DNA of 64,000 nt from Candidatus Moraniibacteriota bacterium (GCA_027031495.1 JALVQA010000014.1:849-64848); one strand, 5' to 3'. Numbered from the stretch's first letter, positions 9,445-19,838 are shown. The notes: generated by a model not told the origin, from the sequence alone. Numbers and translations: made by a program.

Positions 9445-11385
9445 ATGAATGCACAAGTACAAGAACATGAAATAGAAGAGATCACTCTTGCATCTTCTGG
9501 TGTGGTCACCGAGAAATATGCACGTGTTCTTACTGCCGCACACGCGTATGGTGTGCTTGGCGATGTTGCAAAGGTGGTTGCGATAATGTTGGTTGGCGGC
9601 ATTGTGACGCCACCGGCAAGTCATAAATACCCCAACCGCGGTGATTGGCGCAAACTTGTGCCACAGGAAAAGGAGTCTGATATTCTTGGGCAACTTGCCG
9701 TTTGGTCAATCGCTGAAGGAATGCCGGCTGAGGAAATGTTTGAAAACGGCATAAACAAAAGGAATTTCGCCAGGGCACAGGTGTTGTATGGCAAAATCTG
9801 TGACGTCCTTATTGGTGTATACAATGACTGTACAACAACGGACGGTAACCGTGAAAACATTATAAAGTCTGTCTGCGCTGGTGGAGTGTTGTGTCTGTAT
9901 GAAAGACGCACGAGATACCAAGGCGACTATTACGAAGATCGTGACCTCAGAGAGCGTGATCTCAGTAACGCTTCATGTGTGAGCGGTGATGCGCAGTGGA
10001 TTATTGGCTTGCCACGTGACTTTACTGTTCCTGAAGGTGATAAGAAAATTTCTTTTAGGATTATTGAGATGGCAAGTGCTGTTGAGCCGCTGTGGGTTGC
10101 TGAAGCAACTCCCAATGCGGTGTCTTTAAAGGAAGTCGGTTTGGAGCCGTTTTATGATCAGCAGAAAGATTGTGTTAGATCAACAACCAAAATACATTTT
10201 GGTAAACTAGTGTATAAAATGGTTGTTGACGATCCCGCACATCCAGACGCTGCGGAGCAGTTTGCGCTGTGGCTTGCAAAGCAAAAAAGACTTTCTGTCT
10301 CACATGACACATCACCACGTGTGTGCATGCTTGCGCAAATTGTCGCAACAAATGCACTAGTGCAGGAGCGCGCAGAAATGCTTAATATGCGCGCAGGAAA
10401 GGATCTCTTTAAAGTTTACACGGAGACGGAGCTTAAGGAGCGTTACAAAATGGCGCTTTTTGGTGCGCGCTCTCTTGCGGAAGTTGTTTTCCCTGAACCA
10501 TTGCGTTTGATGCCGCCTGATAAACGCATGGCAGAGGAAATTCTTCGTAATAATCCGGATACAATTGTTGTGTTGGGCAAAGAATTTGCCGTCATGTATA
10601 CCCGCAACGACGAGGGGTTTTACATGGACCCGATGATTGTACTTGATTCCAAAACGAGTGAACGCTGGCGTGAGCTACCTGATGACGGTATTTTTTTGCC
10701 AAGTGGTCGCGCTGTGTGTGTTAAGACGCGCTTTTTTGGTTTATCATGTTGTGAGGCCAACATCCGCGATTTGAAGGACTGCATTGTCGGTGCGTTTATT
10801 TGTAAAGCACGGCAGGAGTGGCGGCGTCGCAGGGTACCGGCACCAACATTTGACATGGATAATGATAAGAATATTCCGTTTGTCAAAGATATGTTCTACC
10901 GTGATGTGAACGGTGAGGAACATTTTATGTACGGTACAGTCGTATGGGATGAGTACGAGTACCGCTTTGAGGGTCGCTGGTATGATTACGAAGAATATGC
11001 ACAAAGTGCATATGAGAAGAGCGTTGAAAAACTCAAACTCCTTCGTGCGCAGAATCGTGCCACAAATGCAATCAGGGAAAGATTGTTAGTGGCTGCTGAT
11101 GACTATCATCATAAACACACCTGCATTATGCTGGCAGATGCGTTTATGAGCGCATATGATGACTGTGAAGTTGTCATTAACGCAATAGAAAAGGCGCTGG
11201 CAGAAGTGGTGAGCAGGAAGAGATACGGCGTGTTTGATGAAAACTTGCCAAGGCCGGCGGTTCGTGATGGTTATCGTATAGATAATCCATTCGATACGAC
11301 GTATACGGCAAGGTTTAGCACAGATAACACGTCGACACCGCAGTGTGTTCTGAGGTGTCTGAAAATCATGATGGGCGGCAAATAG
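9445..11385 (+). CDS. Hypothetical protein resembling the C-terminal half (HA2 + OB fold) of DEAH/HrpA-like helicases, without the ATPase core
   Basis: KYARVLTAAHAYGVLGDVAKVVAIM resembles HA2; NIIKSVCAG..RDLSNASCV..QWIIG..IIEMASAVEPLWVAEATP resembles the OB fold; no Walker A or DEAH motif; AAGGAGGT SD. Confidence 0.55.
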   Translation: MNAQVQEHEIEEITLASSGVVTEKYARVLTAAHAYGVLGDVAKVVAIMLVGGIVTPPASHKYPNRGDWRKLVPQEKESDILGQLAVWSIAEGMPAEEMFENGINKRNFARAQVLYGKICDVLIGVYNDCTTTDGNRENIIKSVCAGGVLCLYERRTRYQGDYYEDRDLRERDLSNASCVSGDAQWIIGLPRDFTVPEGDKKISFRIIEMASAVEPLWVAEATPNAVSLKEVGLEPFYDQQKDCVRSTTKIHFGKLVYKMVVDDPAHPDAAEQFALWLAKQKRLSVSHDTSPRVCMLAQIVATNALVQERAEMLNMRAGKDLFKVYTETELKERYKMALFGARSLAEVVFPEPLRLMPPDKRMAEEILRNNPDTIVVLGKEFAVMYTRNDEGFYMDPMIVLDSKTSERWRELPDDGIFLPSGRAVCVKTRFFGLSCCEANIRDLKDCIVGAFICKARQEWRRRRVPAPTFDMDNDKNIPFVKDMFYRDVNGEEHFMYGTVVWDEYEYRFEGRWYDYEEYAQSAYEKSVEKLKLLRAQNRATNAIRERLLVAADDYHHKHTCIMLADAFMSAYDDCEVVINAIEKALAEVVSRKRYGVFDENLPRPAVRDGYRIDNPFDTTYTARFSTDNTSTPQCVLRCLKIMMGGK

Positions 11386-11406
11386 CAGTTAGTATAGTTC
11401 TTTTTT

Positions 11407-11434
11407 GGCCACAATGCGCACATGTGTATTGTGG
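11407..11434. terminator. Strong hairpin after ORF 9445
   Basis: GGCCACAATGCGC/GTGTATTGTGGCC stem with G-U pairs. Confidence 0.55.
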
Positions 11435-11517
11435 CCCTTCATAACCTTGCTGATTTTTTTGGAGAAAATCGGCGGTGTTTAGAGGATCTTGCGCGATCAA
11501 TAACTGTTAAAGCATAG

Positions 11518-11547
11518 AAAAACAGGCTCTCTGAGAACCTGTTTTTT
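11518..11547. terminator. Bidirectional terminator at tRNA-Arg 3' end
   Basis: AAAAACAGG..CCTGTTTTTT inverted repeat. Confidence 0.7.
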
Positions 11548-11556
11548 GCGTTTGCG

Positions 11557-11630
11557 CACCTCGGGAGGGATTCGAACCCCCGACCGACGGGATAGAAGCC
11601 CGCTGCTCTCATCCACTGAGCTACCGAGGC
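11557..11630 (-). tRNA. tRNA-Arg(UCU)
   Basis: Acceptor GCCTCGG/CCGAGGT, anticodon arm GCGGG-CTTCTAT-CCCGT, T loop GGTTCGAATCC; CCA not encoded. Confidence 0.95.
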
Positions 11631-11668
11631 AAATACAGTACGTACCCATTGTAAACGATATTTACGAT

Positions 11669-12283
11669 TTATTCAACTGCTGTATCGGTGTTTTCGTCTT
11701 TCTTTGCCTGCGCGTCTATAAAGATTGTGAAGAAAACAGCAGTAAGCGCAAAGAGTGTAATTGTGCTGAGAAGAAAGAGTTGTGGCGGTGATGACGGCGC
11801 GTAGTGTGTGAGCGCAAGGATGTTGTAACTTGCATGGAGAAGTATTGTCACAATTAGTGGTACGGCTATGCGCACAAGTCTGTGTGCGTGCTTAAGTGTG
11901 ACGAGAAATGCCGCAAAGATCAACGGTGTGCATATGTGGATAATGAATGTTCCGAGCGCTGCTGTCGGTACGGCAATAGCATTGTCGTACGGTGTAAGTG
12001 CAATAGTACTGTATTCAATAGCAATGAAACCGCAACCAACGAAAAATGCGTGAAAAAATGTGCTGTAAAGGCGTGGCGGGTAATGCAGACCTTTGATAAC
12101 AGCAACAAATTTGAACATTTCCTCCATCGATGCAAAAAGGAGAATGAGCGCCGTTGCAGCCGTGGCGTTGATATTATCGGCAAGTAAAAAATTGTGTGTA
12201 TTGAGCGTGCTGTTGACGGCAACCTGCAAAAGAAGTGCGCCCAGCGCGGCGACGATGCCATAGATAAAAGAGAAGAAGTACAT
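11669..12283 (-). CDS. prsW: PrsW-family intramembrane glutamic protease
   Basis: Multi-TM protein with EExxK (MEEMFK), GxGFxxxE, H and HxxYN (LHASYN) motifs. Confidence 0.8.
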   Translation of the reverse strand: MYFFSFIYGIVAALGALLLQVAVNSTLNTHNFLLADNINATAATALILLFASMEEMFKFVAVIKGLHYPPRLYSTFFHAFFVGCGFIAIEYSTIALTPYDNAIAVPTAALGTFIIHICTPLIFAAFLVTLKHAHRLVRIAVPLIVTILLHASYNILALTHYAPSSPPQLFLLSTITLFALTAVFFTIFIDAQAKKDENTDTAVE

Positions 12284-12292
12284 GGTAGATAT

Positions 12293-14926
12293 TTATGTCA
12301 GATTTTCACGTGCGTTGTGAAGTTCTGTCACACGCTTTTGCGCTTCTGCCAAAAGCGCTTTCTCTTTTGCGACGACGTCTTGCGGTGCGCGTGTAACAAA
12401 GCTTTCCTGTGAGAGACGCTTTTGTTTTGCTGTGATGTTCTCAGTGAGCTCTGCGATTTCTTTGCTGAGACGCTCTCTCTCGCGTGCAGTGTCTACAAGG
12501 CCTTCAAGGAGGAGATAGCCGGTGCCGTGTGCCGTTGTAAGCGCGGCACTTTCGCGCGGTGGTGTAGTATTTGTGTGTGCGATAACGTCTGCTACGCGTC
12601 CAAGGCGCATGATAATATCCTTATGTTTTGCTGCAATAGCACAAAGGTTCGTGTCACATGTGAGAAGTGGTTTTTTATCCGGTGTAATGTTGTAGAGCGC
12701 GCGCAGGGCACGGATTTTTGCGATGAGATCTTTAAGGATGTCAAATTGCATCACATCATCCTGTGCAATATTTGCATAGAGTGTATTATCGTGTTGTGGC
12801 CACTGTGACACCATGAGAAAATCACGGTCACCTTTTTGTTTTATGTGCGTGAAGAGTTCTTCTGTAACAAACGGCATAAACGGGTGCCAGAGGTGGAGGA
12901 GTGTGCGGAATACAGTATGGAGAAGTGCGTCATTACGTTCAATCTTGTGTGCTTCAATGTACCAGTCGGCAAAATCATTCCATGTAAAGTCACGGAGCAC
13001 TTCGCCCGCCTGCGAGAAGCGGAACTTCTCTAGATGCTCTGTGACAGTCGCGACGGTGTTTTGGAGATGCGCGAGGATCCAGTGATCTGCCGGCGTGCGT
13101 GCTTCAGCGATGTGTGCATTTTTCGCATCTTGTGAGAGAACGTAGCGCCCGATATTCCACAACTTATTTGTAAAATTGCGATACCCGGCAATTTTTTCTT
13201 TCCCAAGGCGCATATCTTGACCTGGTGTTGAGCCGATAAGAAGAGAGAGGCGCACGGCATCCGTGCCGTATCGTACACTTACGTCAAGCGGATCAATAGC
13301 ATTACCGAGCGATTTACTCATTTTGCGTCCTTTTTCGTCACGAATGAGACCGTGGAGATAGACTGTTCTGAAAGGAACATCGCCGATAAGGTATGTGCTC
13401 ATCAAGATCATGCGCGCAACCCAGAAAAAGAGAATGTCATAACCGGTCTCAAGGACATTTGTTGGATGGTATGTGCGAAAATCCGGTGTATCATCCGGCC
13501 AACCGAGTGTGGAGAACGTCCAGAGACCGGATGAAAACCACGTATCAAGCGTATCAGGATCTTGCTTCCATCCGTCACCGTCAGGTGCGTGTTCGCTAAC
13601 AACAATTTCATTACCGCGATACCATACCGGAATGCGGTGCCCGTACCAGATTTGTCGCGAGATACACCAGTCGCGGAGGTTATCAATCCAGTGAAAGTAA
13701 ATCTTTTCAAAGCGTTGAGGAATAATGTCAATTGCACCGCTCTTGACGGCGTTTGCTATGAGTTCTTTGAGTGTTGTCTTTTTTCCGTCGCGCTCAAAAG
13801 GTTTATTAACAGCAACAAACCACTGTTTCTTCGGAAGTGGTTCAATAATACCACCGGTGCGTTCCGCTACGGAAACGCTCTGCGTTATCGTTTCTTCTCC
13901 TTCCAAAAGATCGTTATCACGAAGCCACTGTACGACACGCTCACGTGCTTCAGTGGTTGTTTTTCCACGAAGATATGGTCCCGCTTCTTCTGTCATACGT
14001 GCATCTTCGTTGATAACACGTCTGCGTGGGAGATTATGTCGCTCACTCATTTCCCAGTCAATATGACTATGTGCCGGCGTGACACCAAGTGCGCCTGTGC
14101 CAAAATCTTGCGCGACCTCAGGGTCGGCAATGATGCGTATAGTAAGCGACGTGCCGCAAAAGTCGTCAATCTTAAATGTTTTGCCGATGTAGCGCGCATA
14201 ACGCTCATCATCGGGATGAACGGCAACAGCTGTATCACCGACCTTTGTTTCCGGACGTGTTGTGGAGATGGCAATAGGGAAATCTTTACTGTAGCGGAAC
14301 GTGTAGAGCGTTGCTGTGCGTTCCTCGTGCAGAACCTCGTCGTCGGAAACGGTTGTTTGCCCCTTTGGGTCCCAGTTAACAATGCGGTCGCCACGGTAGA
14401 TAAGACTGTCATTGTACATGCGCCGAAATGCCTCAACAACTGCTCTGTGACGTGGCGGATCAAGTGTAAACGCTTCACGACTCCAGTCAAGCGAGGCGCC
14501 CATAGCACGACATTGATTGACGATTGTGTCATAAGAATCTTGCGCAAACTTTTCTACACGTGCAAGAAACGCTTCACGCCCAAGGTCATAGCGAGATTGC
14601 CCGGTTTCTTTGTGGAGAAGTTTTTCCACTTTGCTCTGTGTGGCGATAGCGGCATGGTCTGTGCCCGGGAGCCACAGTGTGCGGTCTCCCTTCATGCGAT
14701 GATAACGCACCATTGTATCCTCAATTGCAAGCATTGCAGCATGGCCAGTATGAAGAATACCGGTGACATTTGGCGGTGGCAAAACGATGCTGAAACGTTC
14801 TGCGCCTTCCGTTGTAATTCCTCCTGTGATGCAGACATCAGGATTGAAATAACCACTTTCTTCCCATGCACGATAAATCTCTTTTTCTACAGATTGCGGG
14901 TCGTAGATTTTTGCAAGTTCCGTCAT
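12293..14926 (-). CDS. valS: Valine--tRNA ligase
   Basis: PPPNVTG-LHTGH, DWCISRQIWYGHRIP, KMSKS, C-terminal coiled coil; ATG at 14926. Confidence 0.99.
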   Translation of the reverse strand: MTELAKIYDPQSVEKEIYRAWEESGYFNPDVCITGGITTEGAERFSIVLPPPNVTGILHTGHAAMLAIEDTMVRYHRMKGDRTLWLPGTDHAAIATQSKVEKLLHKETGQSRYDLGREAFLARVEKFAQDSYDTIVNQCRAMGASLDWSREAFTLDPPRHRAVVEAFRRMYNDSLIYRGDRIVNWDPKGQTTVSDDEVLHEERTATLYTFRYSKDFPIAISTTRPETKVGDTAVAVHPDDERYARYIGKTFKIDDFCGTSLTIRIIADPEVAQDFGTGALGVTPAHSHIDWEMSERHNLPRRRVINEDARMTEEAGPYLRGKTTTEARERVVQWLRDNDLLEGEETITQSVSVAERTGGIIEPLPKKQWFVAVNKPFERDGKKTTLKELIANAVKSGAIDIIPQRFEKIYFHWIDNLRDWCISRQIWYGHRIPVWYRGNEIVVSEHAPDGDGWKQDPDTLDTWFSSGLWTFSTLGWPDDTPDFRTYHPTNVLETGYDILFFWVARMILMSTYLIGDVPFRTVYLHGLIRDEKGRKMSKSLGNAIDPLDVSVRYGTDAVRLSLLIGSTPGQDMRLGKEKIAGYRNFTNKLWNIGRYVLSQDAKNAHIAEARTPADHWILAHLQNTVATVTEHLEKFRFSQAGEVLRDFTWNDFADWYIEAHKIERNDALLHTVFRTLLHLWHPFMPFVTEELFTHIKQKGDRDFLMVSQWPQHDNTLYANIAQDDVMQFDILKDLIAKIRALRALYNITPDKKPLLTCDTNLCAIAAKHKDIIMRLGRVADVIAHTNTTPPRESAALTTAHGTGYLLLEGLVDTARERERLSKEIAELTENITAKQKRLSQESFVTRAPQDVVAKEKALLAEAQKRVTELHNARENLT

Positions 14927-15060
14927 AGACAATTCTTTATATATAAGGTGTTATCAATACTTAGAGTGTAGCACTCTCGCACAGGAGATTCAAGGAATAC
15001 GTATCCTTAACAAGAGTTTTTGTGCCACATGTAATACTTAAAAGAATAAATGAGGAATTT

Positions 15061-16128
15061 CTAGCAAAATATATAACACGTTATGTTGGCAAAATCAATT
15101 AACTCCAGTAATACCCATCCGACAGCAAAACTTATTCCGTTTGCCAAAAAAGAAATCACAAGTGCCTCGCGTAGTTGTAGGTCACTTTTCCTGGTAAAAC
15201 GATAGATCAACCAACCTTCGAAGAATGCGATAAGAACTTCAAAGAGAATGAGTGTAACAATATAGAATATGTAACCTAAAAATGGTGCAAAGAAATATAT
15301 TGTCCAGAGAAGGGGAAGTGTAATGAGTGTGCCTATAGCGCTGGCGCCATAAGTATGTCGTCTTAGCACATATGAAAACGCGCGCCGATGTGCATAGATA
15401 ATTATGACAAACAGCTCTATAGAGAGTGTCAAGAGGAGTGCAATGGAAATTGTTACAATGAGCGATGCAAAAAATAATGATGAAGAGAAACGGCTTTTTG
15501 TAAACATGCGCATTTTGTAATCCAAGTCAGCAATGCCATCGTCATGCAGAAATGCCGTGTACCAAGCATCATGATCCGTTACTGTCAAAGAGTTGGAAAT
15601 AAATAGACCATTTTTCTTTAAAGATGGGATGTAGAATGCTATGCGAAAATAGTCATACCGAAAACCAAAAAAGTGACATTGTCCGGAAGCACAGCGTCTT
15701 GAATCATCGGTTCTCCAGAAGCATCCACTCTCGCGATCATAGTACAGTACATCAAGTATCTCTGATTCATATGTTGCAGGGGCAGGGTTAAAGGTAAAAA
15801 TGTATTGCTCGCTACCCAACTTCTTTGCAAATTTTCTTGCTCGTACTTGCGATTCAGCAAAGCGCTTTTTATTGCTTACAGTTTCCTCTAAACCGATTTC
15901 CGGATTGTATGCAACACCACTGTATTTTCCATGTTCCGAAACAATACAAGTATCAGGCACAAGTGTTGCTGCATAAAATGGAGTCTTGATCAGTGGGCGT
16001 ATACTATGTGTAACAAAGAAGGTAGCTCTCGTTTTTGGACCGACATCAGCATGTGCTGTATACCAAGGGATGTAGCTAATAAGAGTAAGTGCAATGACCG
16101 TGTAAAGAAGGAAAATGCTCTTCTTCAT
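15061..16128 (-). CDS. Membrane protein with signal peptide, extracytoplasmic domain and about 4 C-terminal TM helices
   Basis: MKK-hydrophobic-AHA/DVGPK signal; hydrophobic C-terminal third; AT-rich. Confidence 0.75.
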   Translation of the reverse strand: MKKSIFLLYTVIALTLISYIPWYTAHADVGPKTRATFFVTHSIRPLIKTPFYAATLVPDTCIVSEHGKYSGVAYNPEIGLEETVSNKKRFAESQVRARKFAKKLGSEQYIFTFNPAPATYESEILDVLYYDRESGCFWRTDDSRRCASGQCHFFGFRYDYFRIAFYIPSLKKNGLFISNSLTVTDHDAWYTAFLHDDGIADLDYKMRMFTKSRFSSSLFFASLIVTISIALLLTLSIELFVIIIYAHRRAFSYVLRRHTYGASAIGTLITLPLLWTIYFFAPFLGYIFYIVTLILFEVLIAFFEGWLIYRFTRKSDLQLREALVISFLANGISFAVGWVLLELIDFANITCYIFC

Positions 16129-16777
16129 AGTTTATGTCTATTTATTCTAGATTGTTGTAGTTATCATCATTCATTCACTGTTATATATAACAGTTTTGTT
16201 ACAGTCTTCTTAGTAGTAGTGTAGCATATGCATTGCATAAGAAATTGCTGAGTTGAGTATATTTACTTTTCAAATATATAAATTAGCTAAGTACTATGTA
16301 TCTGTAAACATTTAGTGTATATGTGTGCACTGTATTGCCGTCCATTACATGTTTCTGTATATAAAGGGTTAATTTGCTTGTTATTCAACGTATATGTCAG
16401 TTTATAGCATACTATTGAGGAAATAGTGCTTAATATCGGTATCTGGATTGTTTAAGAGAGGTGAGAAAATCTACACAACTATCGTAAAAAACTGTTCCAA
16501 AGAGCAGTACTGATTTTTTTTCTCAAAGAATCACAGTTCAGATTTAATCACAGAAAAGATGATGGATATGCTATGCTGCTAAAAGAGTTAAAGAAAAGGT
16601 CGTTGTAGTTGTCGCTAAAGTATTCAAGTCATAAATTAGTTAGAAATTCGACAAGAAATTGTGTAGAAACGGTGTATAACATAGTACCATCGCACGAGAG
16701 ATTTAGATGTTTGTTTTTTTATTAATGTCCTGTATAATCATCATAACGTTCTTTAACTTGCGTAAGGGGTAATAAAA

Positions 16778-17218
16778 ATGGTTGTACGTGCTGTAGGACT
16801 TATTCTTTTGTGCCGGCATGGTAGTCATATTCTGACGATTGAGGAGCGCAAAGATAAACCAGCAATTGAGAAAAAAGCCGGCATGGTTTCATTTCCGTTG
16901 GAAACACTTGAAGATGGTGAGTCTTATGATGATGCACTGCGACGGCTGTTGAAAGAAGAGATTGGTATCGCATATAATAACATTACTCTGCCAGGACAAT
17001 GCGGTGTATTTTCGCGTCAGTTTGAGAGTGGTATTATTGCACATTATGTCATATATATGAGTCAGTGCCGTGGCACGATTAGGTATGATCCGCACGATGA
17101 TGACGTTGTTTTTCATGGATGGCTTCGCCCGCATGACCTAGAGACATATCCTTGTATACGTATAGAGGTGCGCCACTTTCTTGATGTATGCATGGCAAAT
17201 GGTCGTGCATGTGCGTGA
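16778..17218 (+). CDS. Nudix hydrolase
   Basis: Nudix-box-like ETLEDGESYDDALRRLLKEEIGI; AAGGGGT SD; TATAAT at 16733. Confidence 0.8.
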   Translation: MVVRAVGLILLCRHGSHILTIEERKDKPAIEKKAGMVSFPLETLEDGESYDDALRRLLKEEIGIAYNNITLPGQCGVFSRQFESGIIAHYVIYMSQCRGTIRYDPHDDDVVFHGWLRPHDLETYPCIRIEVRHFLDVCMANGRACA

Positions 17219-17223
17219 ATAGG

Positions 17224-17262
17224 AAGGAGTCTTGTCATAATTGACAAGACTCCTTGTTTTTT
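17224..17262 (+). terminator. Intrinsic terminator
   Basis: AAGGAGTCTTGTCA-TAAT-TGACAAGACTCCTT perfect stem followed by a T run. Confidence 0.9.
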
Positions 17263-17328
17263 GATGATATACTTTAATTAGTGATGCTTTGTAAGTTGCC
17301 AGTGTACTAAAACTTTTAAAAATGCTAA

Positions 17329-17783
17329 ATGAATATTGCTTCTTGTGCGCTTTCTTTTTTAGCAGTTTTTATATGTGTCGGTACAGTTGTTACGTACGCT
17401 GCGGATTGCATGGTACCGTGGTATGTGGTGTTGTCGTGCGTACATTTGCCGAGCCATTTAACATTTTTTTGCAAATAAAGTGCCACAATTGCGCGTTGGA
17501 CTCTATGTTGCGCCACCGAAGCGAGACTATTGGCGTGCGATTAAGGGAGAAGGAAGTGAAAAGTATCGTGCATGGCAACGAGAGAATGACCAACTTAAAA
17601 CTCTGGCGGATAAGGTAGACATGCTCTTTCCAAATGCATACACATTTTGTGATGATCGTGATAACTGGGTGAAATATGTCACAGCACAGATTGCGGATTA
17701 ATGGTAGTCGTCTGCCGTGGCGTGAAGACTACGTATAGTGGTAAGAAGTGCGACGCTTCTTGAAAGAAAAGAAGTTGCGATAA
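17329..17783 (+). pseudogene. Decayed secreted protein, possibly a hyaluronidase-like TIM-barrel glycoside hydrolase
   Basis: Three pieces in changing frames: signal-like ALSFLAVFICVGTVVTYAAD, core LRVGLYVAPPKRDYWRA..WQRENDQLKTLADKVDMLFPNAYTF, and tail PWREDYV*W*EVRRFL with two in-frame stops. Confidence 0.5.
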
Positions 17784-17869
17784 GTTATTTACTTTCTCTT
17801 TCTTATACTACACATTTTACAAATGCATTTATAGCATACTTAAACACATAATGCGATAATTATAAGTGT

Positions 17870-17897
17870 ATTTAACATTACATTTATTCTACTGTAC
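17870..17897 (-). other. dif-like XerC/XerD site (candidate)
   Basis: Minus strand GTACAGTAGAA-TAAATG-TAATGTTAAAT, 11-6-11 layout; right arm 10/11 to E. coli XerD arm TTATGTTAAAT; left arm ends TAGAA as in B. subtilis dif. Confidence 0.4.
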
Positions 17898-17985
17898 ATG
17901 TGGAGAGGGTGATTTAGTATATATGTGACTATTCCAATTTTTACATATCCATTGTCAGCTGTGGTAATTACCTAATTATTCCTAG

Positions 17986-18958
17986 TTATCTATCAACTTC
18001 TCGGGGCATTTCCCAGTCAATGTAGCGAACAACTAATGCCCAATTATTAGGATCGCGTAGAAATGTGATAGGATCGAATGAAAAAAAGTTTTTATCGTAG
18101 GTAATAGTGTTAATATTTTGTTGTGCGTTCAAGTTTCTTTCTAAATAATCTTTTCTAATAAATTCTATCGTTACATTCGCAGGGTGAAGATCGTCATGAT
18201 TAATATTGATTGCAGCCAATTTTTTGTTTAATACTCTCATTTTCCTTATTACTAGGTGCAGGAACGATGGCGGAACAATTTGATAAATAATCTCGAGTGT
18301 AGGCCCTGTGTATCTGCTATAGACCCTTTTTCTCTCAAGCTTCCTTCCACTATAATTGTCTCTTATGAATCGCTCTTTTGCGTCCACACCGATAATAGGT
18401 GCGCATGCAATGCCAGCGTTATGCACTTTTTGCCACAGTTCTAGTGCGCGTGGTGTAACAGAATTTGCAAAAGTAATTATCGTTTTTTCTCTGTCAAAAT
18501 ATATTTTTGATAAATTATTTAAGAATGATAAATCAATAACCCATCTTTTCTTAATGGATTTTGTATAATTGTCATACTGTTTAAAAGCATACGTAACATC
18601 TTCTCGTCCACAGTCTGCGAGACTATAAAATATACTTAACGTATCAAAGTCTAAATCTCTTAATTTTTTTGCTATATTTTTTTGTTCTTGTTCGTCATCG
18701 GTCATGGTTTTAGAAATATAATCGACAACACTGTATGTAAAATTTCTTTTTTGATTCTGTTGTGCGCAAGTCTTCTTCACTAAATGAAACATTTTCATTA
18801 TCAGTTTCTTTGTATGGAGATCTCATTATTTCTTCGATAATTCTATCAATGTGATCTTTCTCATTGTTATGCTGTTCAACTGTCTTTGATGAGGTGTGTT
18901 GTTGCGTTTCATATGAACTTGCTAGATTTTTGTCGAAAATCATATTGTCTTTTGTCAT
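17986..18958 (-). pseudogene. Protein-kinase-like protein, apparently split by a frameshift (ORFs 18710..18958 and 17986..18798)
   Basis: HDDLHPANV catalytic loop and IDWE motif in the downstream ORF; removing one base from the A6 tract at 18747-18752 fuses the two ORFs. Confidence 0.55.
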
Positions 18959-18989
18959 GTGTAATTTAAGTGTTGTTTATTAACTTTCG

Positions 18990-19838
18990 TTAGCTTTTAT
19001 GTCGGTGTGTTCGTGTAATGATTCGTGTGCAGGTGAGTGTGTGGTCATTGCGTAAAAGGTGAGAAAAGTTTTTGCTTACAGTACCATTAAAAACAATAAT
19101 GGTTGGTTTGTGTTGTGTAGCACGTAGTGATGCAAAAGCGCGCACTTTGCCGGCCATGCCGCCGGTAACATCAGTGGTGTGTGCTTTGCCGATTGTCATG
19201 CGTGTCGCTGTCTCAGAAATATCTGTAAGTGAAATTTCTGTAAGAAGACGTGCTTTTGTTGGATTGGTATGTGGGTTGTCTGTATAGATGCCATCAACAT
19301 CACTTGCGTATGCAATAATGTGTGTTGGTATAGTACGTGCATAGTGTGTACAGAGGGTGTCACCGGAAAGAACAGAGTGACGCCAGCGTGTATCCGGTAC
19401 AATTGCGCCGGAAAGAAGGGGAATTGCGTTGTGCGCAAGTGCGCGATGCACAGGCATGTCATCAATTGTCGTAAATACACCGGCCATATTTGTGCATACA
19501 TCTTGCGTGCGTATAACTTCTACGGGGAGAGTATTGCGCGCAAATGCATGTGCAATTATGTCTTGAAGAGTGTGAATATTTTTTTGAATTTCCATGCACG
19601 CACGTTCCTTTATATCGTTGCCGTGAGAGCCCTTTGTAAGCATATGCTTTTTTGCAAGTGCATGACCGGCACTGCCGGCACCATGAATGACGATGAGGTG
19701 GTGTATCTGTGGATTAAATGCACATGCAATATTTTGGGCAATTGCATTAATATGGCGCTTACGTGGCATGAAATTGCTGGCGCTTTTATCAGTAATAACA
19801 CTCCCGCCAAACTTGATGATAAAGAGTTTTTTACTCAT
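18990..19838 (-). CDS. ipk: Isopentenyl phosphate kinase (amino-acid kinase family)
   Basis: IIKFGGSVITDK, HGAGSAGH with the IPK-type His, LSGD, DVDGIY, DVTGGMAGK; overlaps tsaD stop by 4 nt. Confidence 0.85.
   Translation of the reverse strand: MSKKLFIIKFGGSVITDKSASNFMPRKRHINAIAQNIACAFNPQIHHLIVIHGAGSAGHALAKKHMLTKGSHGNDIKERACMEIQKNIHTLQDIIAHAFARNTLPVEVIRTQDVCTNMAGVFTTIDDMPVHRALAHNAIPLLSGAIVPDTRWRHSVLSGDTLCTHYARTIPTHIIAYASDVDGIYTDNPHTNPTKARLLTEISLTDISETATRMTIGKAHTTDVTGGMAGKVRAFASLRATQHKPTIIVFNGTVSKNFSHLLRNDHTLTCTRIITRTHRHKS

Noticed and set aside
13562-14971. 469-aa ORF antisense to valS (similar shadows over holB, ychF and the GT gene)
   Set aside because: Lies opposite a conserved gene and shows no motifs; expected from codon bias.
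16130-16740. AT-rich 600-bp gap with a 9-bp inverted pair TCTACACAA/TTGTGTAGA as a possible MITE or origin
   Set aside because: Repeat is short, no target duplication or DnaA-box cluster was seen, and skew polarity does not fit an origin.
18746-18752. In-frame A_AAA_AAG heptamer suggesting -1 programmed frameshifting
   Set aside because: The -1 frame stops soon (..IFLKP*); the kinase frame needs a +1 shift.
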